Source: a virus
Taxonomy: Duplodnaviria > Caudoviricetes
Virus record (IMG/VR): IMGVR_UViG_3300023259_000001
Location: 23,752 to 87,751 of that record
Direction: 5' to 3' (one strand)
DNA: 64,000 bases
A model generated the notes under the pieces. It saw only the letters and a program-made list of their open reading frames with translations. It ran no database searches and was not told where the DNA came from. The number at the start of each line of letters is the position of its first letter. The stretch's first letter is position 1. Position numbers and translations under genes: made by a program. Of the stretch, positions 57,531 through 64,000 are shown piece by piece.

Positions 57531-57787
57531 TGGTGGTTGCGCAACGCGCTAATCCGCAGTTCGAGGTGACTCAGCGGCTCGTCTTCGTCGGGGTAGAATT
57601 TCAGATCGGTCTCGATCCATCCGTCGCCGAAGCTTTCGCGTGGCGCGTGGGCGGTCACGGCTCGGTAACCGAAATCCGGATGGTAGAGAACCATGGCGGT
57701 GAAAAGGGCAGGAGGCCTCCGGGGAGAACAAGAGGAGGCCCCCTGGGGCGGCGCGCTCAAATAGCAGGAGCTGAGCCGCCGAGAGCG

Positions 57788-58765
57788 TTAATACAGCGCG
57801 ACCATGGGCCCCACCGCCGTAGTGAACGTGACGGGAGGGGTGATGGTAGCCGGAATGGTGCCGAAGGTGATGGTGCTGATAGCGCCGGCCCAGACCGTAT
57901 CTGCGCCCGTGGCGGCATCCGCCATGTGGACCAGAGCCGTAGAGCCGTTGTTTTGCATGCAGGCGTAGTACAGCGCCGGACCCACCGCGAAATACTTCGA
58001 AGTGAAGGGGATGTTCTGGTAGTCCGACGCGCCGGCCGAAGTGGCTCCGGCAGTCGCGCTATTGGCCAGCAGGTTGCCAGCCGAGTCGTAGAGCACGACC
58101 AGGAGTTTATCGGTGCCGACAGTGGCTCCATTCAGAAGCCCGATGCCGGTCAGCAGTTTGTTCCCAGTCAGGGGCACTTCGGTGCACCCCATGGTGGTAT
58201 CGGTCTGAGCGACGCCGGCAGTCAGAGACGTAGCGGCGATCGCGCCCACAACGGGCGACTGAAAGTGCGAGGCCGCAAGCGTGTTGGTGCCGGTAATCCA
58301 GACGCCCCCCAGGCATTCGGAGAACGTGGCCTTGTTGACGTTGATGGTCGGGTTGACGGCAGTGGCGGAATTGCAGGTGCCAGAGGGTAGGCCCTGGTTC
58401 GCCCACAGCAATTGCTGCGGCGTAGCGATCCACACCAGAGCGCTCGAAGCATGCGCGGCCGCCGCGGATTGGAACCCGCGCTCAACGAGCACGGGAGCGC
58501 CGGTCGAGGGGGTTGTGGTGACCCGGATGGCTTCGGCATCGATATACAGGATGGTCCACTCGGCGCCCGAAGGCGTGCCGATGGAACCCTGCGAAAGGGG
58601 CTGCCCCGGTCCGTTCACGCCGGTGACGCTCGCCAACAGCACGTAAGGCTGAGTCGCGGTCACGGCGGCGGAAAGGGTGGTGGTGGCCAGTTGGGCCGCA
58701 GTCGCCGGTAGAATGGCCAGCAACAGGGCAAAGACGGTGATGAGAGAGATCGTGAGTTTTTTCAT
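57788..58765 (-). CDS. Capsid decoration-like protein with Sec-type signal peptide
   Basis: Directly downstream of the coat gene; MKKLTISLITVFALLLAILPATAA-Q. Confidence 0.7.
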   Translation of the reverse strand: MKKLTISLITVFALLLAILPATAAQLATTTLSAAVTATQPYVLLASVTGVNGPGQPLSQGSIGTPSGAEWTILYIDAEAIRVTTTPSTGAPVLVERGFQSAAAAHASSALVWIATPQQLLWANQGLPSGTCNSATAVNPTINVNKATFSECLGGVWITGTNTLAASHFQSPVVGAIAATSLTAGVAQTDTTMGCTEVPLTGNKLLTGIGLLNGATVGTDKLLVVLYDSAGNLLANSATAGATSAGASDYQNIPFTSKYFAVGPALYYACMQNNGSTALVHMADAATGADTVWAGAISTITFGTIPATITPPVTFTTAVGPMVALY

Positions 58766-58792
58766 GGTCGTAGGTTTTCCTTGTGGTGGGAT

Positions 58793-58860
58793 GGGGCGAG
58801 GGGGCGAGGGGGCGAGGGGGCGAATCGCCCGCTCTCCAGCTCTCCCACTCTCCCGCTCTC
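58793..58860. repeat. (GGGGGCGA)x4 and (CTCTCCC)-like tandem repeats after the coat gene
   Basis: GGGG CGA GGGGG CGA GGGGG CGA GGGGG, then GCTCTCCAG/CTCTCCCA/CTCTCCCG; central GGGCGAATCGCCC hairpin. Confidence 0.85.
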
Positions 58861-58864
58861 AGAA

Positions 58865-60130
58865 CTACCCGCCGATGCGGACCGCCCATTCCGGCCGGAT
58901 GGTCTTCCACCCGCCGAGGACTTCCAGGCGCGTGATGCGTTCGTTGGAGCCGATCAGGAAGCCGCGCGTCAGACGCATGGCCATCGCGAGCTTGGGATTG
59001 ATAACCTGCTCGGACCAATCTAATCCGCCGGGGGTTTCCTGTTTCACAACGGCCAAAGTGAAGGCCTGTTTGTGAAAGCCCATGTTCTGCGGGCTGGTCA
59101 CTCCGCCGATGTTGGTGAAGTTGGCATGGCCCTGGCCGTAGACGCTGATGATCGCGCCATTGGAAGGAGCCGCCACCACCGTCTGGAATACGGAAGTCGA
59201 ATCGAAGTTGATGGGGGGTTCGATCGAGATCGTAGCGTTGCCGCTTACGTCCGCCGTCGCCGCAGCCGTCACGCGGAAGGTGCGCAGCTTGTTGGTGGAG
59301 CGGTAGGACAGGGGGTTGGTGGCGATCAAAGCCGTCGAGCCGGAGCCCACGGAGATGATGTCGCCAACATTTAGAATCGCCTGCGAGGCGTCCCAGCCGG
59401 TGGTGATGAGCGAGCTGCCGCTCTGGTTGGCGCCGCTCACGGTCGGGTTGGAGGTCGGAGCGCCGGCAGTGCCGAGCGCGCCCACGACGGCCGCGGAGAC
59501 GTTCTGGTCCATGGACCATTTCCAGCCCACGGCCTTGCCCATGTTGCCGGTGAGGTACTGGTCGGAAACTTCCTTGGTCGGCAGCAGGAAGTTGAAGTTG
59601 AAGCCGAGCACGTTGCCCTGTGCGTCGGGGTTAATCACCAGGGAGCGGAACATATCCGAGGTGGGGCAAGCCGCGTTCTCGAGCGCAATCTTGGCTTGCG
59701 TGTAAGTGGCCAGGGAAGCCGGCGTGGTGCCGGGGACGCCCACAAAATTGTAGACGTATTGATACTGGTCGAGGCCATCGCCGTCCATCATCTGGGCGAT
59801 AATGGCGCTGCTGGACTCGGTGTAGCGCTCGCCAAAGCGGTCGATGGTGAGCACCAGGTCCTGATCGGAAATCTGGAGATCCTGTCCCCAGAGGGTGTTG
59901 ATGGTCACGGGGACCATCTGCTCCTGAATCGCTTCGGGCTGTGCGGCGTCGCCGCGGCGGCCACGGAAGCGGACAGGAATGCGGGCGTTTACCGTATATC
60001 CAACTTTCTCGTTGGGCACGGCAAATTTGTCGTCAAATTCCCTCGAGACAAATTTGGAAAAGACGCAGTTATTGTCCCAGCGCTCCAAACTGTCTTGTAG
60101 AATCGCGACCGGGTTTAGCAGGTCGTTCAT
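58865..60130 (-). CDS. Major capsid protein (P22 gp5-like)
   Basis: FSKFVSREFDDKF...KVGYTVNARIP.RF; GFHKQAFTLA...ITRLEVLGGWKTIRPEWA; SD GAGG. Confidence 0.9.
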   Translation of the reverse strand: MNDLLNPVAILQDSLERWDNNCVFSKFVSREFDDKFAVPNEKVGYTVNARIPVRFRGRRGDAAQPEAIQEQMVPVTINTLWGQDLQISDQDLVLTIDRFGERYTESSSAIIAQMMDGDGLDQYQYVYNFVGVPGTTPASLATYTQAKIALENAACPTSDMFRSLVINPDAQGNVLGFNFNFLLPTKEVSDQYLTGNMGKAVGWKWSMDQNVSAAVVGALGTAGAPTSNPTVSGANQSGSSLITTGWDASQAILNVGDIISVGSGSTALIATNPLSYRSTNKLRTFRVTAAATADVSGNATISIEPPINFDSTSVFQTVVAAPSNGAIISVYGQGHANFTNIGGVTSPQNMGFHKQAFTLAVVKQETPGGLDWSEQVINPKLAMAMRLTRGFLIGSNERITRLEVLGGWKTIRPEWAVRIGG

Positions 60131-60253
60131 TATGTTTTCCTCGCGCTTCACAGCGCTAGTTGGCCAGTTGCTTTCGGCAACGGCCGGGTTGGCTCAAAGG
60201 TTTGAAAGTGTGGGGCGCCTTCTGTCTCGCGACGGTAGTGCCCCGCCTATAGG

Positions 60254-61420
60254 CTAGTTGCCGAATTCCGCTTTTTTCAGCCTCCGGTATTCCGCAGTCG
60301 GATCGCTGGGGAACTTTGCAAGGTGCGCGGCCAACTCCGCTTGGGTCATCTGAGACAACCGTTTCACGGGACTGGTGCTTCGCGCACCCGATCCAACGGG
60401 ATTCGGGGGGGCTGGCTTAACGGAAGCCGGCGTGGGCGCCGCGCGAGGAGCAGGCGCGGCATTCGAGGGCGCTGGAGCTGCAGCGGCAGCGGCGGCAGCC
60501 GCCACCGGTTGGGCAGCGGGCTGTGTTTCCTCGATGGGGTCCTCTTCCTCGGCGATCACGGGAGTGTCCGGAAGTTCGATTTTTGCCAGCTCAACTACGG
60601 CCAGCGCGAGCTTCTCGTTCCAATCCACAATGGTTTCGCCCTTGTTGAACTTCGTGGCCTGGCAAATGACGCTGGCCTCCTGCGGGTGGGTGGCCAGCCA
60701 ATAGGCCAGCTCCGCGCCGCGCTTGGTCGTGCGCATCGCCTGATTCATCACGTCGTTCGTAATGTCGACATCGTGTTGCTTGGCAACCGCGACATCAAAG
60801 TCGGTGTGCCGCGCCTTGGCTTCTTCAATCTGGTTCGTCCACCAGGTGTTGAAGGCCGTTTGGTCGCGGGCGTCGGAATCTTTGCGGGCCTGCGCTTCGG
60901 TCTCGCGGGCGGTAGTCGTTACCTTCTCGCGTTCGATGCGCTGGCGATCGTCGTACTTCCAGTCGGATAGGTCTTCCACGAACTGGGGATCGTAGACTCC
61001 GTTTTCGTAATTCTCAGGTTTCGGTTTGGGCTTCGCTTCCTCGGTCGCCTGGACAGCGGGCTCGGGCTCGGCGGACGTCGCCGCGGGTTCCGCGACGGGC
61101 GCGGCGGCAGCGGCCGGCTTGCGGGCCAGTTCCAATTCCTGCTTCAGCCGCTCGTTTTCGGCGGTCGTGACTTCCCACTTCTTCTTGTAGCCGCTCGACG
61201 GTTTCGGCGCGGCAGGCGCAACGGGTTCCGCGGCGACCGGTTCAGCGGCGGCGGGTTCGGCAGGCGGCGCTTCTGCGGCCGGCGTTTCCGGGGCGGGCAC
61301 TTGGCCGCCTTCGTCGGAGTGGGTTTCGACCGTAGAGCCGGTGAAACCGAGGTCGGACAGGACCTTCTCTACTACCTTGGGGTCCTGGCGCGTTTCAAAT
61401 ACGAGATCTTCGGTGTTCAT
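60254..61420 (-). CDS. Scaffold protein
   Basis: Pro/Ala-rich; KPKPENY...D..FVEDLSDWK; ELAYWLATHPQEA; lies between portal and coat; start uncertain. Confidence 0.8.
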   Translation of the reverse strand: MNTEDLVFETRQDPKVVEKVLSDLGFTGSTVETHSDEGGQVPAPETPAAEAPPAEPAAAEPVAAEPVAPAAPKPSSGYKKKWEVTTAENERLKQELELARKPAAAAAPVAEPAATSAEPEPAVQATEEAKPKPKPENYENGVYDPQFVEDLSDWKYDDRQRIEREKVTTTARETEAQARKDSDARDQTAFNTWWTNQIEEAKARHTDFDVAVAKQHDVDITNDVMNQAMRTTKRGAELAYWLATHPQEASVICQATKFNKGETIVDWNEKLALAVVELAKIELPDTPVIAEEEDPIEETQPAAQPVAAAAAAAAAPAPSNAAPAPRAAPTPASVKPAPPNPVGSGARSTSPVKRLSQMTQAELAAHLAKFPSDPTAEYRRLKKAEFGN

Positions 61421-61472
61421 AAAATGGGGTGGTTGAAACGGTTTGGTGCTTACTACTGAAAGCTCGCGGCTT

Positions 61473-61712
61473 TTAGTGCCCGCTCCAATGGCCGTCGCCA
61501 TCGCCGCCGCTGGAGGGTTGCGGGCCGTCGCCTTGCAGCGAGAGTGTGCCGTTGTTTGGGGAGGTCACCGTGTCGACGGGCGGAGTCTGGCCCGTCACCG
61601 TAATGCTGGTTGAGGGCGAGACCATCTTGTCTTCGGATTGCGGGGTTCCGGCGGTGTGGAGCATCCTGGTCTCGGTGTGCATCAACCCCATGGGCGGTTT
61701 CTTGTTTGCCAT
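61473..61712 (-). CDS. Small hypothetical protein
   Basis: SD AAAAGGAG after the portal stop. Confidence 0.6.
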   Translation of the reverse strand: MANKKPPMGLMHTETRMLHTAGTPQSEDKMVSPSTSITVTGQTPPVDTVTSPNNGTLSLQGDGPQPSSGGDGDGHWSGH

Positions 61713-61729
61713 TGATTTGTCTCCTTTTG

Positions 61730-63955
61730 TTACGCGGCCTGCGGCATCGGCTCCGAAGCTGGCGGCGCGCCGGCGGGTGGCGCTTGCTGCGCTTGCGCGG
61801 CCTGCGCGGCATCGGCCTGCTGCTGCTGGCCTTGCTGTTGAAGCTGCTGTTGGTGCTGCTGGTCGGAAAGCTCTTTCTGGTGGATCTGCTCGTCGCGCGC
61901 GGCCTGCAATTTGAAAATCTGGTCCATCTTGCCGTTGATGGCGTCGTACTGCGTCTGGAACGTCAGCATGGCCTGGTCGTGGCCCGTCTGCAAATCCGCG
62001 ATCGCTAACTGGGTAGCGTTGTTCCCGGCGGCAATTCTTTCCTTCGATTCGCTCTGGATGCGCTGGACCTTGAGATCCTCAGCTTGCGCCTGCATCTGTG
62101 TGTTCATGGCTTGCAGAAGCTGCTGCATCTGCGCCATCTGCTGTTGAACCTGCGGCGGGACCGGAGCTTGGCCTTCCTGCTGTTGCTCCACGTCTGGCGG
62201 TCTTAGGCGGTCCGCAATTTCGTCGATGCCTGGGATATCGAAGGTCTTCAGGATCAGGTCGAGCGCCCTGCTCATTGCCTGGGGCATGGCCTGATAAAGC
62301 TGCATTAAATTGCTGTTTGCCTGCTCCCGGCGAGATGCGTAGCTGGGTCCGGAGCCGAGAGTGACGTCGTAACGCGCCGCGCTCTTAATGTCGTAGATCC
62401 GTTCGATGCCCTTGTTGTCGGTGTGCTTCTTGTTCAGCCACACCTGGCGCAAGCTGCCGTCTGGATCGAACACGGTCTCCAGGCGTTCCTCGTCGTAGAT
62501 CTTGGGCGCAATATCCACCACAATTCTGAGCACGTGCATCTGCGAGATGGCCAGATTGTCGTGGTAATTGAAATGGGCGTTGTCGCCTTGGCGCTGAATG
62601 GCGAGGATCGCTCTGCCCGACTGGTCCGGCGTCGACTCGCCCATATCGGGGCGGAACATCGACAGCGTGTTGCGGAGATCGTCCGCGGCGTGCATGATCG
62701 CCTGGCTGATCGCAGAGGTGTCCACGGAAGGCGAAATGCGTTGCGGCGGTGGGACAGGGATAGGGCCGGTGCCGGTGTCCTGGACTTGCGGGTCGTATTC
62801 GAGGTAGGAGTACGCCTCACGGTTGCAGGCCGCCCACTTGGCGGCGTAGTTCTCGATCTGGTTCTTCGCTACCAGCCACTGCGAAATCGGAGATAGGCCG
62901 ATTGCTTCGGCTTCCTTCGAGCGCATGAAATCATAGGACAGGTTGGCGTCCATCGCCGGCCGGACCATGCCGCGCACTGTGCGCTTGCCTTCGACGATCA
63001 CCTCGCGGCCGATGATCGGCACGATGGGGATCCATTTGCCGGGCCAAGTCCAGCGGTCCAGAATCTCCACGCCGTTGAGCTTGTAGCCCTTGACCGTTTT
63101 CTTCGTGGTCGGGCGCCACGCGCGCACGCGGTCTTGCTCGGTGATCTCGTCCTCGCGCTTGATCTGCCCGTCTTCGAGTTGCGCCAGGCGACCGCGCTTG
63201 GTGGTGATCTTCCAAAATTCAGCGGTCCTTACGCTCCCCGTCGGGAACCAGTCTTTGCGGATTTGATCGCCGATGCTCTGGAAATCGAATAAGCTCGCAA
63301 CCTTGGAGTCGGGGTACGTGTCCTTGTATACCGCCTCGTCCAGGTCTTCGGTGACCAGGCAGCGGCGCATGTCGCTGTAATCAAACTCGTCGGCCGAGGG
63401 ATCCGGATAAACGGAGAACGGATTAGCGACGCGCCGCAGAACGATCTTTTGCTTGAACGAATCGTCCTCTTCCCAGACGGTGAGTACGCGAACCCAGCCG
63501 CGGCCGCATTTGACGGCATGTTCGTAGCCGGTCGCCCAGACCACGCGGGCATTCGAATCGTTGTCGATATTCCTTACTAAGCCCTGCAGGACTTCGGCGG
63601 TTTCCTTGTCGGCGCCTTCGCCAACAGGAGAAATCCTGGGTTCTGGGGGCGATTGCCGGGCGTCGTTTACCACTTGGTCGACGGCGGGGCCGATCCTATC
63701 GAACACCAGGCACGGGCGCCCTTTGCGCTCCTGGAGCATGGTAGCGTCCCAGTGCTTCAGCCCGTCAACAAATTCGAACTCCTGGCGCGCGCGCTCGCGA
63801 AACGGCGCCTCCCAGCTTGTGACGGCGGAGAAATACTCGTGCGCCTCGGTGAGGATGTCTTCGTCGGTCAGGCCGTCGGCATCGGTTTCCGGCTTCGGAT
63901 CTTCCTTGTGCGCCGACAGCACAGACAAGGCGCTATGCTGGCTTCCCGACTCCAT
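61730..63955 (-). CDS. Portal protein (P22 gp1-like)
   Basis: DG..WD...R.GRPCL.FDRI...V; G.GW.RV; IPIVP..G; SGRAILA.QRQGD; RYDVT..GPSYASRREQA; Gln-rich barrel C-terminus. Confidence 0.92.
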   Translation of the reverse strand: MESGSQHSALSVLSAHKEDPKPETDADGLTDEDILTEAHEYFSAVTSWEAPFRERARQEFEFVDGLKHWDATMLQERKGRPCLVFDRIGPAVDQVVNDARQSPPEPRISPVGEGADKETAEVLQGLVRNIDNDSNARVVWATGYEHAVKCGRGWVRVLTVWEEDDSFKQKIVLRRVANPFSVYPDPSADEFDYSDMRRCLVTEDLDEAVYKDTYPDSKVASLFDFQSIGDQIRKDWFPTGSVRTAEFWKITTKRGRLAQLEDGQIKREDEITEQDRVRAWRPTTKKTVKGYKLNGVEILDRWTWPGKWIPIVPIIGREVIVEGKRTVRGMVRPAMDANLSYDFMRSKEAEAIGLSPISQWLVAKNQIENYAAKWAACNREAYSYLEYDPQVQDTGTGPIPVPPPQRISPSVDTSAISQAIMHAADDLRNTLSMFRPDMGESTPDQSGRAILAIQRQGDNAHFNYHDNLAISQMHVLRIVVDIAPKIYDEERLETVFDPDGSLRQVWLNKKHTDNKGIERIYDIKSAARYDVTLGSGPSYASRREQANSNLMQLYQAMPQAMSRALDLILKTFDIPGIDEIADRLRPPDVEQQQEGQAPVPPQVQQQMAQMQQLLQAMNTQMQAQAEDLKVQRIQSESKERIAAGNNATQLAIADLQTGHDQAMLTFQTQYDAINGKMDQIFKLQAARDEQIHQKELSDQQHQQQLQQQGQQQQADAAQAAQAQQAPPAGAPPASEPMPQAA

Positions 63956-64000
63956 GGAGGAGTCGAAGCTCGTGCGGGTTTCCGAAGGTGGAAGCTGGGG

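Noticed and set aside
57527-57760. Small ORF resembling the YP..LYHP..GW motif of 46668-47090
   Set aside because: Start ambiguous and similarity weak; not called with confidence
1-64000. Integrase, att sites, reverse transcriptase (DGR) or transposase
   Set aside because: No tyrosine/serine recombinase, RT or DDE motifs recognised in any ORF; lifestyle cannot be fixed from this window

Overview
The window is about 64 kb of a GC-rich P22-like podophage or prophage genome. No integrase, terminase or replicative helicase is visible; these may lie beyond the edges. A left arm (- strand, 76-5246) carries DNA methyltransferase genes, a secreted beta-propeller-like protein and a GIY-YIG chimera. 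An overlapping divergent sigma70-type promoter pair sits at about 5300. A translationally coupled early operon follows (+, 5395-13205; Gp157, ASCH, DUF968, Gp37/Gp68). The late morphogenesis operon (-, 13372-63955) encodes portal, scaffold, P22-type coat, decoration proteins, four gp4-like adaptor paralogues, a gp10-like hub, tail/fibre proteins, an atypical lysis cluster with a sigma factor, ejection proteins and a 4827-aa DarB-like polyvalent protein. The most unusual observations are: (1) several apparently real genes nested on the same strand in alternative frames inside other genes, including an HNH endonuclease inside a still-open Gp37/Gp68 ORF and three small ORFs in linkers of the giant protein; (2) a dispersed ~50-bp repeat family, including an inverted pair (50/52 identical) bracketing the giant-protein/ejection module; (3) antisense, apparently leaderless cargo genes (RNA ligase, PAPS-reductase family) between the adaptor paralogues; (4) an Acb1-like 2H phosphoesterase and a circularly permuted histidine phosphatase within the giant protein; (5) an internally deleted mini-portal with a twin-arginine-like leader; (6) signal-peptide-bearing virion-cluster proteins with glycoside hydrolase domains; and (7) an rsmH-like fragment. 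All family assignments come from motif recognition by eye; no database searches were run.
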